Shown here: positions 29,659 to 40,121 of the stretch, piece after piece
Layout of the letters: every line of letters begins with the position of its first letter
How positions within the stretch are numbered: position 1 is the first letter of the stretch
Assembly (NCBI GenBank): GCA_025058595.1
Contig: JANXEK010000001.1
Span: forward strand, 16,440 to 80,439
Origin: Candidatus Bathyarchaeota archaeon
GTDB lineage: Archaea; Thermoproteota; CALKCG01; B24; DRYS01
Length of the DNA: 64,000 nt
Direction of reading: 5' to 3'
The notes under the pieces: generated by a model
Database searches by the model: none
Seen by the model: the letters and a program-made list of their open reading frames with translations, nothing else
Told to the model about the DNA's origin: nothing
Made by a program: the position numbers and the translations under genes

Positions 29659-30303
29659 ATGCGGTTAGAAGAAGCTGTCGTCTTAGATATAGATGAAACC
29701 ATAGTAGATACCTCTACTAGGAGACAAGCTGCATGGCGCATAGTGCTAGGATTGGATATACCTTTAGAGGAGCTTGAGATTCATGGATCCACCGGTATAG
29801 CTAAAAGATATGGAGGCGCGAACTACCGATCTATCTACTTAAAATTCTGGTCTATACTACTATGCTACGAACCTGAAGGTTTTAAGCTTCTAGAGCTGGA
29901 TAGACCTATACCTTACGCCGTAGAGGTAGTATCCCTATGGTCTCGACGGTATAAGACGATATATCTCACAGGTAGAACCGTTAACATGAAATCTGCAACT
30001 CTGAATGAGCTTAGATCGATGGGGTTCCCAGTGGATCCGACGCTACTCTATATGGCTCCAGATTTGGATCGGTATCTAGAGGATCCGTTAAGTATACGTC
30101 GTATACTTCTGGAGGAGATAACCGAGAACTACGATGTTAAGATAATAGTAGATGATAATCCTGCCTTCTTCGAGGTATACCGAGAACTCGGTATACCTAC
30201 ACGTATAGGCTTACTAAGGCCTAGATTTAAGGTTGATGATTATCGCTACGCTTCTATAATCGCTGACAGCTGGTATAGCCTACATAACGTAGCTATGGTA
30301 TAG
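29659..30303 (+). CDS. HAD-superfamily hydrolase
   Basis: Motif I DIDETIVDT (DxDxT), and motifs III/IV (KIIVDDN). Confidence 0.5.
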   Translation: MRLEEAVVLDIDETIVDTSTRRQAAWRIVLGLDIPLEELEIHGSTGIAKRYGGANYRSIYLKFWSILLCYEPEGFKLLELDRPIPYAVEVVSLWSRRYKTIYLTGRTVNMKSATLNELRSMGFPVDPTLLYMAPDLDRYLEDPLSIRRILLEEITENYDVKIIVDDNPAFFEVYRELGIPTRIGLLRPRFKVDDYRYASIIADSWYSLHNVAMV

Positions 30304-30381
30304 GATCTATGTTACCCTGCTTCGTGAAACCGGAAGATTTTTCTTGCCTCCTATACTGGAATCCTATGATGGTGTCTAGCT

Positions 30382-31881
30382 TTGAAGACATCTCCCATAG
30401 GTATTGCCTTGATAAACGATGAGAGAGAACATGTATATAGGGTTAACGAGAGGGAATGTATGGAGGTCGTTCATAGATGGGCTGAGATAATACGTAACAA
30501 AGCTAGGAATGTAGATGGATCCGCACCTGAGGTTATAGTCTGTTCCAAGACTATAACATCCATCAGAACTGCACGCGAAATAGGTGAAGAGCTTGTTAGA
30601 GCAGGCTGTAGACAGATAATATTATGCTTCTATGTATGGAATTTCCCATATCTCGTATGGCCTTTCATAAATACCATCGGTAGGGATAAACCCATACTGT
30701 GCCTATCTAATAATAGCGGAAAGTATCCGGGTAACGTAGGTCTACTAGCTACGGATGGAGCGTTGAGGCAAGCCGGTATAAGGACGCACCGTATAATCGG
30801 AGATATAGATGATCCTGAGGTTCAATCTAAGGTTATAGATTGGGTTAGAGCCGCCCAAACATACACGAATCTCAGAGGGGAAGTTTACGGGCTATACGGG
30901 GGGCATTCGATGGGGATGGAGACAGGATACTTCCATCTAGTCCCGATACAGAAGACTTTCGGTGTGACCCTATATCATATAGATCAATTCCTGTTAGTCA
31001 ATAAAATGGAGGAGGTGGACGAATATGAGGTTAGAAAGGGGATGAGGTGGCTTGGAGAACTCTTAGGAGATCGTATAAGGTATGATGGGAGGATGCTTAC
31101 ACCGGAAACCCTGGAGAGGCAGGTTAGGTTGTATCTAGCTATGAAGATGATTAACGAGGAAATGGGGTTCGATTTCTGCGGTATAAAGGGTCAGAGGGAG
31201 CTATCGGAGCATGTATGTATAACAGATGTAGCTGAGATGCTTATGAACGATCCATACGATTGGAATGGATCTAAAGAGCCTACGGTATGCGCTACAGAGG
31301 CAGATTCTCTAGCGGCGTTAACAATGCAGATACTGAAGTATATAAGCGGAGGCCTTCCGGTATTATTCATGGATGTGAGGCTCTACCATCCAGACAAGGA
31401 TATATGGGATTTCTGTAACTCAGGAAACCATTCAAGCTGGTATGCCTCTAGGAGCTTCGATCCTAAGGAGAATTTCAAGAAGATAACCCTCCATCCAGCT
31501 TTAGAATTCTATTTTAAAGCAGGAGGGGCATCTGTCGAATTCGATGCGGCTCCAGGACCTTTAACGTTTGCTCGTTTAGGACTATGGGATGATAAACTCT
31601 ATATGGTGATAACATTGGGTGAAGCCGTAGAGCTACCATCTGAAGAGAGGAAGGCTTTAAACGAGGAGACTAATCCGACATGGCCTCACGTTCATGCTAA
31701 ACTGCGTTGTAACTTCGAGGAGTTTATCGATATATTCCCATCAAACCATATACTAGCAGTCGCAGGGGATCATATACGTCCGTTGATATATCTATGCGAG
31801 ATAGCGGGTATAGAGCCGGTGATATTAGGTCCAGAATACCGGAGAAGGATACCCCCGATCTGGAAGCGTATATCTAACTAG
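30382..31881 (+). CDS. L-fucose/L-arabinose isomerase-family protein
   Basis: A ~500 aa ORF with a FucI/AraA-like fold pattern; specificity is unknown. Confidence 0.45.
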   Translation: MKTSPIGIALINDEREHVYRVNERECMEVVHRWAEIIRNKARNVDGSAPEVIVCSKTITSIRTAREIGEELVRAGCRQIILCFYVWNFPYLVWPFINTIGRDKPILCLSNNSGKYPGNVGLLATDGALRQAGIRTHRIIGDIDDPEVQSKVIDWVRAAQTYTNLRGEVYGLYGGHSMGMETGYFHLVPIQKTFGVTLYHIDQFLLVNKMEEVDEYEVRKGMRWLGELLGDRIRYDGRMLTPETLERQVRLYLAMKMINEEMGFDFCGIKGQRELSEHVCITDVAEMLMNDPYDWNGSKEPTVCATEADSLAALTMQILKYISGGLPVLFMDVRLYHPDKDIWDFCNSGNHSSWYASRSFDPKENFKKITLHPALEFYFKAGGASVEFDAAPGPLTFARLGLWDDKLYMVITLGEAVELPSEERKALNEETNPTWPHVHAKLRCNFEEFIDIFPSNHILAVAGDHIRPLIYLCEIAGIEPVILGPEYRRRIPPIWKRISN

Positions 31882-31914
31882 TAGTCTAGACTATTAGGAT
31901 AGATAAACCTAGAT

Positions 31915-33183
31915 ATGTCTCTATACGATATATCATCTAGGCTTATAGGATTTTTAGATCCACCGAGAGATACTAAGGTTATGGTAGCTTCAGCTCCAGG
32001 TAGAGCTGACTTCTTGAATACTCATCAAGATTATAAGGGTTTACCGGTTGTACCTATCGCTATCGAGCTTAGATGCTACGTAGCCGGTTATAAATCTACG
32101 GATGGTAGGCTACGGGTTATCTCAGCTAACCTATTCGATGAAGGCGTAGAATGCCTAGATGAAGCATATCTACACAGGTTAGAGCTTAAAGGAGACGGAT
32201 GGTTTGGCGATTATGCGAGAGCTGTAGTTAAAGTCTTCATGGATAGAGGCGTCGGGATCCATGGACTACATATAGCCATACTAAGCCACGTACCTATAGG
32301 TTCAGGTCTTTCGAGTAGCGCCGCTTTAGAGGTTTCCATAGCTAAGCTTATAGAGGGGCTCTACAATCTCCAGCTTTCTAGGAAGGATATAGCTGAGATC
32401 GCATATACCGCTGAGCATGACGTTATGGGTATACCGTGCGGTAGACTCGACCAGTACGGCTCATCGTATGGCGGCGTATTGAAGTTGAATACGAGACCTC
32501 CATACGATGTAGAGGAGCTTCCAGATAGGGGATTCATACTAGTTCTAGCAGATTCTGGTGTGAGACGTAGGATATCCTCCATTCATCCCATCAGACAGGC
32601 GGAGATCGATGAAGCATTAAGAATACTCATAGACGAGGTTAAGGTTCCAGTAGGATTAGCTTCAAAGCTCGGTCTCAGATACTATGAGCCTAGATGGGAG
32701 GATCTATCCGAGGAGGAGATAAAACCATACCTTTCATCTATTCCATCTAAGCTTGCCGATAGGATAATATTCACCATAAGGATGCATAGATCGACTATGT
32801 ATGCTCTATCGATTATCAAAGATATGATAGTTCAACCTGAGATGTACCGTTCGATAGTAGGGGATGAACTCTCATCCATATGTGAACCTGATTTCGACGA
32901 TCCGATCTCCGTACTAGGCTGCATACTCTCGTTCCAGCATGTACTATTGAGGGATCTATATGAGGTAAGCATACCTAGAATTGAGGAGATATGGTTTACT
33001 ATGCTCGAGGCAGGTGCACTAGGTGCCAAGATATCGGGTGCAGGTCTTGGGGGAGTCGTACTCGGTTTAGCTAGAAGCTTCGATGAAGCTAAGAAGATAA
33101 GAGATGCATGTCTAGATATAGGTTGTCCATCAGTCTGGATTTCAAGAGTAGGTGAAGGCGCGAAGATGGAACACATAGCTTAA
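31915..33183 (+). CDS. galK: GHMP sugar kinase (galactokinase-like)
   Basis: Galactokinase signature-like GRADFLNTHQDY and GHMP motif PIGSGLSSSAALEVS. Confidence 0.7.
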   Translation: MSLYDISSRLIGFLDPPRDTKVMVASAPGRADFLNTHQDYKGLPVVPIAIELRCYVAGYKSTDGRLRVISANLFDEGVECLDEAYLHRLELKGDGWFGDYARAVVKVFMDRGVGIHGLHIAILSHVPIGSGLSSSAALEVSIAKLIEGLYNLQLSRKDIAEIAYTAEHDVMGIPCGRLDQYGSSYGGVLKLNTRPPYDVEELPDRGFILVLADSGVRRRISSIHPIRQAEIDEALRILIDEVKVPVGLASKLGLRYYEPRWEDLSEEEIKPYLSSIPSKLADRIIFTIRMHRSTMYALSIIKDMIVQPEMYRSIVGDELSSICEPDFDDPISVLGCILSFQHVLLRDLYEVSIPRIEEIWFTMLEAGALGAKISGAGLGGVVLGLARSFDEAKKIRDACLDIGCPSVWISRVGEGAKMEHIA

Positions 33184-33341
33184 AATCAGCTGATGGATCG
33201 AGGCTTGAAGAGGGATTACATTACTGGTGGTAGTTTATCTATGGTTGGGGATATGAATATTCGACGAGAGGACTAAGGGCGCCACATATAGATAGATTAA
33301 ATATTTAGTTAAGGTGGGTATCGATTAGGAGGCTTTAAGCT

Positions 33342-34328
33342 GTGTCTGGACATGAGTTGAGATGGAACCCTCTACTAGGTTGCTGGATAATCGTAGCTGG
33401 GCATAGGAAGGAGAGACCTTGGCATTCTACTTTTTGTCCTTTTTGTCCAGGTGGACCTGAGACTCAGGGTGAATGGAACGTCCTAGCTCTACCGAATCGA
33501 TATCCAGCTCTATCACTCACCCCTCCTGGGGTAGATAAGGGTGAGAAGCCGTTTACGAGGGGGGAGGCTTTAGGGGTATGTGAAGTTATCGTGGAAACTC
33601 CGTCGCATGAAGGGGATTTCCAGAATATACCGTTGGAACAGGTAGCTGAGTATATACTTTTACTAGGTGAACGGACGAGGAAAATAGCGTCGAACTCAGC
33701 TATAGAGTACGTAATGCCTTTCAAGAATAAAGGTGTGTCGATCGGTGTTTCGCTAACTCATCCCCATAGCCAGATATATGCATTCCCGTTCATCCCTCCG
33801 AGGATATCTAGAGAGATAGCATCGGCTATAGAGTATAGGAAGATCTATGGAGGAAACATCTTCGAAGATATCGTTAGGATGGAGCTTCTAGAATCTAAAC
33901 GTACAGTATACATCAACGATGGCTTCGTACTTTTAATACCGTTCTACGCTATGTGGCCTTACGAGATGCATATATATCCTTCGAGTGATGTTAAGCTTCT
34001 CTACGAGCTCGATAAAGATTCGGCGTCTCTACTAGCCGATGCTATAAGGGTAGCTACAGGTGTTTACGAGGAGCTTTTCGGATCGGAGTATGCTTATATG
34101 ATGATATTCCATCAAGCACCGGTTAAACGTGTGAACGAAGAGTATAGGCTCCACGTAGAATTCTATACGCCACATCTATCTAGGGATAGGCTTAAGTATG
34201 CCGCAGGTGTTGAGTGGGGGGCATGGGTATTCACGTATGATGGGGTACCAGAAGATAGGGCTAGAGAACTTAGAGAGGCCGCTACGAGAATCATCGGAAA
34301 GCTAGATAGCTTAGGACGTATACCCTAA
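33342..34328 (+). CDS. galT: galactose-1-phosphate uridylyltransferase (HIT family)
   Basis: Zinc-site CPFCPG and the active-site HPHSQ motif. Confidence 0.8.
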   Translation: MSGHELRWNPLLGCWIIVAGHRKERPWHSTFCPFCPGGPETQGEWNVLALPNRYPALSLTPPGVDKGEKPFTRGEALGVCEVIVETPSHEGDFQNIPLEQVAEYILLLGERTRKIASNSAIEYVMPFKNKGVSIGVSLTHPHSQIYAFPFIPPRISREIASAIEYRKIYGGNIFEDIVRMELLESKRTVYINDGFVLLIPFYAMWPYEMHIYPSSDVKLLYELDKDSASLLADAIRVATGVYEELFGSEYAYMMIFHQAPVKRVNEEYRLHVEFYTPHLSRDRLKYAAGVEWGAWVFTYDGVPEDRARELREAATRIIGKLDSLGRIP

Positions 34329-34371
34329 GGATTTATATTCTTTCGCTTATCCTCTTATAGGCGGGTACGCT

Positions 34372-34959
34372 ATGAGAGCGATAGATGTACACGTACATTA
34401 TCCTAGAGGCGGGGATCCGATAAAACGTCTCATAGAAGGGAGCGAGAAAGCGGAGATATCTATGGTTTGGCTTCAAAGCCTAGGTAGATTCAGAGGAGTT
34501 GACGAAAATAAGCTTATAGAGGATGCTTTCCGCGAGTATCCAGATCTATTGAAGGGTTTTGGGTTCGTACACCTTGGCGTAGACGATCCTGAAGTCGTAG
34601 ATAACCTATACTCTCGTGGATTTATAGGGTTAAAGATTATAAAGCCTTTGAAGCCCTACGATAATGAAGAATTCTTTCCATACTACGATAGAGCTGAGAA
34701 GTATAGGATGCCCATCCTATTCCATACAGGTATAGTAGCTAGAGACCCGGTAGATAAGGAGTATAGGGTATCTTCAGCGTTCATGCGTCCGATCTGTCTA
34801 GATAGGATCGCTAGAAGTTTTCCCAATCTAATAATAATCGGAGCACATCTAGGTCATCCATGGTGCGATGAAGCAGCCATACCTACAGCAAACGGCATAG
34901 CTACATCCTCATACAGTCTTCCTCCTCCCAACCTCATAACGACGATCTTAGCTATGTAG
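34372..34959 (+). pseudogene. amidohydrolase-2 (PF04909-like TIM-barrel metal hydrolase), apparently 3'-truncated
   Basis: IDVHVHYP ... GAHLGHPW motifs are present, but the ORF stops at 195 aa where full-length members are ~270-300 aa. No continuation exists in any frame. Confidence 0.45.
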
Positions 34960-36202
34960 GCTATTATAGCTGGGAACCATAGCGCTGCCTGGAATATACC
35001 TAAACCTAAGGCTGTTCCAGGCGCGTTTATCAGGAACCATGGGTATCTAGCTGATAAGATATGAACAACCGATACTATTATGAATCCACCGAGAATAGTA
35101 TCCACTGATTAGCGGTAGGTTTCACTGTTATACCCTGCCTCCAGTAATCTCCGACGACGGCTACGGCTCTATATACAGGTCCCCTCTGATAATGGTTGTG
35201 TGGTGCACCCATACAGTTAAACGTCGGGAGGTTTAATGCTCCGAAGCTATGCCACATTTGAGTTACTACGAACATAGATAGGATAACACTTAAGATCGAA
35301 GCGATAAGCCTCGCGGTGAACATATATTTTTCGAATGTACGCCTTCTAATGATCCTATCTTATACGATTCTCTCATGGAGCTCATAGGAGCAGCTTTTAT
35401 AACAGAGATATACCATGGATAATCGGCTTTTACTACGAGATACCTCTTCTGAAGATCATCGATGAAGAATGGTGAGGATGTATCAGCAAGGAGCCACCCC
35501 ACCATAGTCGAGTTCCAGTAATGTGCGAACCTTTGATCATTCCAAAGATCCTCGAATATAAGCCCTGCACCCCCAGCAATCCTCGCTCTTCCCATCCAAT
35601 ATAACCCGTTCACTGTAATCCAGAATAAACCCCATGCTACTGGCAAGTATCCTAAACTCGAATACCACCATGTAGCTAGGTATAGTAATAGGAAAGGAGC
35701 TTTATCGAATATAGCCTTGAAAGCATTAACGAATTCACTCCTATAAATGACGAATATCGGGAAGAACATCAACCCGAACATAGCTCCTATCGTAATCCAG
35801 CCTAACTTACCCCATGTCGTCTGCCAACTTATCATAAGAGGGCCGGTCCACCCTTCCTGCGGCATGAGGCTCCCATAAACCTAAGTAGCATATGATGGGC
35901 GGTATCACCCTGAAAGCTATGGCATCTACTATTATGAGGCCGAGTAGAGTTCTCACCGGGATTAGGAAGAATAATCCTATGAAGAATGCTTCTACGTGAA
36001 AGTTCAGGTTAGCTTGAGGTATGAATACGTATGGAGTTAAATCTATTCCTTGGAGAGCTGGAAACATCAGCTGCGTTATCCCTAACCCAGGTATGGTCCA
36101 ACCACAATATGGATAGATCGCTAAGAAGCCTATCAATAACCCCAACCATAGCCATGCATTCTCGAATACTTCGCTTCTTCCGTCAACCTTCCCATATGCC
36201 AT
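34854..36202 (-). pseudogene. polytopic membrane protein gene broken into four consecutive overlapping ORFs in different frames (multiple frameshifts)
   Basis: ORFs 35807-36202, 35290-35865, 35078-35323 and 34854-35105 overlap head-to-tail by 27-58 nt, each in a new frame. All are TM-rich. No homopolymer sits at the junctions. Confidence 0.5.
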
Positions 36203-36388
36203 GTCTATAAGCCTACCTGCAGCTGAAGCTTGCGCGAAGGGTAGAGCTTCAAGATCTAACCCACTGCCTTCTAAACATACTAGCTAGAAACGTATAGCAT
36301 TAGGTGGTGGTAGTAGTAGATTATTATCCTAACTGTATGGAGTGGTAGGGCTAAGATACTCTAGATTCTAACGATGGAAAGCAGGGAA

Positions 36389-36700
36389 CTATCTAGCAGT
36401 ACCCATCATAGTAAGGACGGATAATACACCATAATATGATGGGATTATCCAAGAAACCCAAACCATAGTTAATATCAACGTTGCTTCCTGCTTATTCAAT
36501 CCACCATTCTTAGCCAGTATCGCTGCTAACGAAGCTATTATGAGAAGCCACCAAAATACGAACGTTAACGTTCCAGATTGCGCTTGAGCCCATGGATTAA
36601 TGGTTAAACCCCAGAGTGTCCCTCCTGTCGTGAATAGGGCTACGAAAGAAGTGAATATAATAAATAAAAGAATGCTACGGCTACAACGCCAAGTATCCAT
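36389..36700 (-). CDS. small 3-TM membrane protein (possibly the N-terminal remnant of the same decayed gene)
   Basis: A 103 aa hydrophobic ORF 186 nt upstream of the fragmented gene. Confidence 0.3.
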   Translation of the reverse strand: MDTWRCSRSILLFIIFTSFVALFTTGGTLWGLTINPWAQAQSGTLTFVFWWLLIIASLAAILAKNGGLNKQEATLILTMVWVSWIIPSYYGVLSVLTMMGTAR

Positions 36701-36856
36701 GCTCTAACACATATCCCCATATACTCTCCCGTTTCCTCACCCAAATATATTCTCACGAGAAAACATCTATATAAAACATTTACTGGGGTGGGCACAATAC
36801 CTGGATCAATATTTATATGCTGATATTCTGCGATAGTGTAGAGGGGTGGGGTTAGG

Positions 36857-37765
36857 TTGAAGGTTAGCTGTGCTTGGCTCTATGCTATAACGAAGTATGG
36901 ATATCCTCCATCGTTCGAAAAGACTTTAACCTCTCTACGTGAGATGGCTAATCTAGGGTTTAACGCCGTAGAGGTCGAGGTTGTCCGTGAAGCTCAGTTG
37001 CTAGAGTTTAGGGAGAGGAAAAGCGAGGTTAAGAAGCTATGCGGCGATCTAGGCCTTAAAGTTATCAATGTATGTGCTATATTCCCTGATATAGTGAGTT
37101 TAGATGATAGCTTATGGAGTAGAGCGCTAAAGCATTTCGAAGAGAGCTGCGGTATAACTAGGTTTCTAGATTGCGATATGATCCAGTTAGATTCGTTCAC
37201 GCCTCCGCTTAGATTCATCGGTACCGTACCGTATAAAGAGGCTATAAGCTTCGGTATACAGTTTAGGGTTGAGGTAGATCCAGGGTTTAGTTATCCTAAG
37301 CTTTGGGCTAGGATAGTGGAGAGTTTCAAGAGATGTAGCCGTATAGCTGAGGGATACGGGCTGAAGCTATGTCTAGAGCCGAGGGTTGGAGAGAATATAA
37401 GCAATACTGACGCTATGCTTAGACTCCTAGATGCCGTAGGTGCTGATAACTTCTACGCAGTCCTAGATGCAGGCCACCTACATGCCCAGAAGGAGATACT
37501 ACCGTTATCGGTCGAGAAGCTAGGCTCTAAGATATCCTATGTACATGCATCCGATAACGATGGTAGGGATAATCTACATCTACCTCCAGGTAAGGGTACG
37601 GTAGATTGGGAGGGTGTGGTTAGGGCGTTAGCGAAATACGGGTATAGAGGCTATATAGCGGTCGATATAGGTGGAGCGGGATATAGAGGAAATATAGACT
37701 CAGATGTAATCGAATCCAAACGTTTCCTCGAAAACCTATTATCAAGACTTTCACTTCTAGGCTGA
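36857..37765 (+). CDS. sugar-phosphate isomerase/epimerase (xylose-isomerase-like TIM barrel)
   Basis: Length and metal-ligand spacing (E ... D ... H ... E) are typical of the AP-endonuclease-2/xylose-isomerase-like family. Confidence 0.55.
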   Translation: MKVSCAWLYAITKYGYPPSFEKTLTSLREMANLGFNAVEVEVVREAQLLEFRERKSEVKKLCGDLGLKVINVCAIFPDIVSLDDSLWSRALKHFEESCGITRFLDCDMIQLDSFTPPLRFIGTVPYKEAISFGIQFRVEVDPGFSYPKLWARIVESFKRCSRIAEGYGLKLCLEPRVGENISNTDAMLRLLDAVGADNFYAVLDAGHLHAQKEILPLSVEKLGSKISYVHASDNDGRDNLHLPPGKGTVDWEGVVRALAKYGYRGYIAVDIGGAGYRGNIDSDVIESKRFLENLLSRLSLLG

Positions 37766-37801
37766 ACCATCAAAAGAATATAGAGATCCCGACGAAGCGA
37801 T

Positions 37802-39094
37802 ATGTCTTCTTTCACTCTCCGCGGTGGGTTGGTTCTAACACCTAGAGGTTTAATCCGAGCCGATGTAGCTATAGAGGGGGGTAGGATCTCGAAAGTTTGT
37901 GAAGGCGTTAGGGTAGGTGAAACCGTAGATTGTAGCGGGTTATTCATAGTACCTGGGTTTAGAGATCAGCATATACACGATCTTATAGGATCGCTCTCCG
38001 ATACGAGCGTAGATCGACTATCGAAGGTTGCTACCGCTCTGGTTAGACATGGTGTAACTTCGGCGAGGATAGCTACGATCGCTATGCCCCGCGACAAGCT
38101 TCTAAGCTATCTTCGCAATATTAGATCCTATGTATCGTCTATTAGGAATAGTATGGAAGGAGCTAGAATAGAGGGAGCACATATAGAAGGAACGTTTATA
38201 AGAGCCGAATGTGGTGGAGCTCAGCCTCGCGAGTATATCGTGGAACCTTGGGAAGAAGATGCCGTGGAAACCCTAGATTATATACTCGAGACGAAAGCGG
38301 CTAAACTGATAAATATAGCTGTGGATTTCGGATCAGATCTCGTAGAGTATGCTAGTTCTAAAGGGCTTATAGTAGGTTGCGGACATTCTAAAGCCTCTGC
38401 TAAACAGCTTCAAGAAGCTTGGAGGAAGGGGTTAAAGTATATCGTGCACATAACGAACGGCGCTATGGGGCAATCTTTCAAACCTTTCGATGGGGGAGGT
38501 ACGTATGAGGGAGCTCTAACACTGCCGCTATCTCTCGAGATAATAGTGGATGGATATCATGTGGATATGAGGTATGTATCCGATATCATAGAGAGATGCA
38601 TTCAGAAGGGTAGAGCAGGCGACGTTATAGCTATAACAGATGGTGTATTTCCTATAGAGGAGGAGGTACCTGAAGGAGAGTTTGAGGCATTCTCGGTTAT
38701 CGGGTGTAGGAGCGAGGATGGGGGCGTACTAGTCGTTAAACGTTATATGGATAGAAATGGTGGGTGGAGGTATCCCCCACCAGGGACGTTATTCGGAAGC
38801 CTACTCACCATGGATAAAGCTTTCGAGAATCTGTTAAACTTATTTACGAGAGATTTCTCCGGGTTCATGATAGATAGATCTGCCAGAACTTTCGAGGAGG
38901 CGTTATCTCTAGCATCGAAGATTACATCTACCAATCAAGCTAGGCTTGAGGGCCTAGATTCTGTAGGTATGATAGCGGATAACCGTGTAGCCGACATAGC
39001 TGTACTATCTATCAAAGGTAAGGCTGGAGTATACAGGGTTAAAGTAGCGAAGACTATAGTCGGAGGTAAATTGTTCGAGTTCGATGTATCGTAA
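37802..39094 (+). CDS. amidohydrolase-superfamily enzyme, NagA-like (N-acetylglucosamine-6-phosphate deacetylase-like)
   Basis: GFRDQHIHD metal motif and HITNGAMGQ resembling NagA HLFNAM. Confidence 0.5.
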   Translation: MSSFTLRGGLVLTPRGLIRADVAIEGGRISKVCEGVRVGETVDCSGLFIVPGFRDQHIHDLIGSLSDTSVDRLSKVATALVRHGVTSARIATIAMPRDKLLSYLRNIRSYVSSIRNSMEGARIEGAHIEGTFIRAECGGAQPREYIVEPWEEDAVETLDYILETKAAKLINIAVDFGSDLVEYASSKGLIVGCGHSKASAKQLQEAWRKGLKYIVHITNGAMGQSFKPFDGGGTYEGALTLPLSLEIIVDGYHVDMRYVSDIIERCIQKGRAGDVIAITDGVFPIEEEVPEGEFEAFSVIGCRSEDGGVLVVKRYMDRNGGWRYPPPGTLFGSLLTMDKAFENLLNLFTRDFSGFMIDRSARTFEEALSLASKITSTNQARLEGLDSVGMIADNRVADIAVLSIKGKAGVYRVKVAKTIVGGKLFEFDVS

Positions 39095-39135
39095 CTTCGT
39101 GGGGGTTGGGATAATATATATAAGCTCTAGATCAC

Positions 39136-40074
39136 ATGATTTTTAACTTTATAGGTATGAAGCCCACTAGGTTGGAGGGTATAATACCTGCTATCGTATG
39201 CCCGATGCTGGAGGATTATAGTGTAGATGAGGATTCTCTGAGGAACTATGTAAAGTGGATTTCAAGCTTCAGGATAGGGGGGCTAGCTGTAAACGTAGAT
39301 ACTGGGGAAGGCTTTCATCTCCTACCGGAGGAGAGGCTGCAGGTTATAAGGATAGTCAAGGAGGTTACCGGCGGTAAGATTCCCATCATAGCTGGGCTTC
39401 AACCCGGTTATATACCCCAAACTGTAGGATGGGCATGTGGATCTAGAGATGCGGGTGCAGATGCGTTGCTAGTATTTCCATCATCTGTATTCGCTGGGGG
39501 ATACGCCTCAGAGGTAGTGTACGAGTATTATAGGACTATCTACGAGGGGGCAGGTATACCGTTAGTGGTATTTCAGCTTCAACCAGATCTCGGCGGAGTG
39601 ATATTCGATCAAGAAACCCTACGACTTGTAACATCGCTAGAAGGTGTGATAGCTGTAAAGGAGGCTTCGTTCGATGCTAGGAAATTCCTAGAAACTCTTA
39701 GGATCGTTAAGAAGTTTAACCCTCGGGTATCAGTCTTAACAGGTAACGATAACTTCATATACGAATCCTTAGCTCTAGGCGCGGATGGAGCGCTTATAGG
39801 ATTCGGTACCATAGGTACCGATCTACTGATCGAGATGTATGAGCTTACGAAAAACGGTAGATATAAGGAGGCTATGGAGATAGCTTCTAGACTACAACCT
39901 CTAGCAGACGTCATATTCGCCCCCCCTGTTCGAGCATATAGAGCTAGACTTAAAGAGGCCTTAGCTATGCTTGGAATAATAAGGTATACATACGTGAGGC
40001 CTCCTCTGAAGCCTATACCTGAAGGCGAGAAGGAGGCTATACGTAAAGCATTGACCGATGCAGGCATACTTTAA
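39136..40074 (+). CDS. DapA/NAL-family class I aldolase (KDG/KD(P)G aldolase or dihydrodipicolinate synthase-like)
   Basis: A ~310 aa ORF in the DapA-family pattern, with a Schiff-base Lys region (VIAVKEAS). Confidence 0.6.
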   Translation: MIFNFIGMKPTRLEGIIPAIVCPMLEDYSVDEDSLRNYVKWISSFRIGGLAVNVDTGEGFHLLPEERLQVIRIVKEVTGGKIPIIAGLQPGYIPQTVGWACGSRDAGADALLVFPSSVFAGGYASEVVYEYYRTIYEGAGIPLVVFQLQPDLGGVIFDQETLRLVTSLEGVIAVKEASFDARKFLETLRIVKKFNPRVSVLTGNDNFIYESLALGADGALIGFGTIGTDLLIEMYELTKNGRYKEAMEIASRLQPLADVIFAPPVRAYRARLKEALAMLGIIRYTYVRPPLKPIPEGEKEAIRKALTDAGIL

Positions 40075-40121
40075 CTCAATCTACTACCGTAGGGAATCTA
40101 TGGATCTTAGGATGAGGAATT

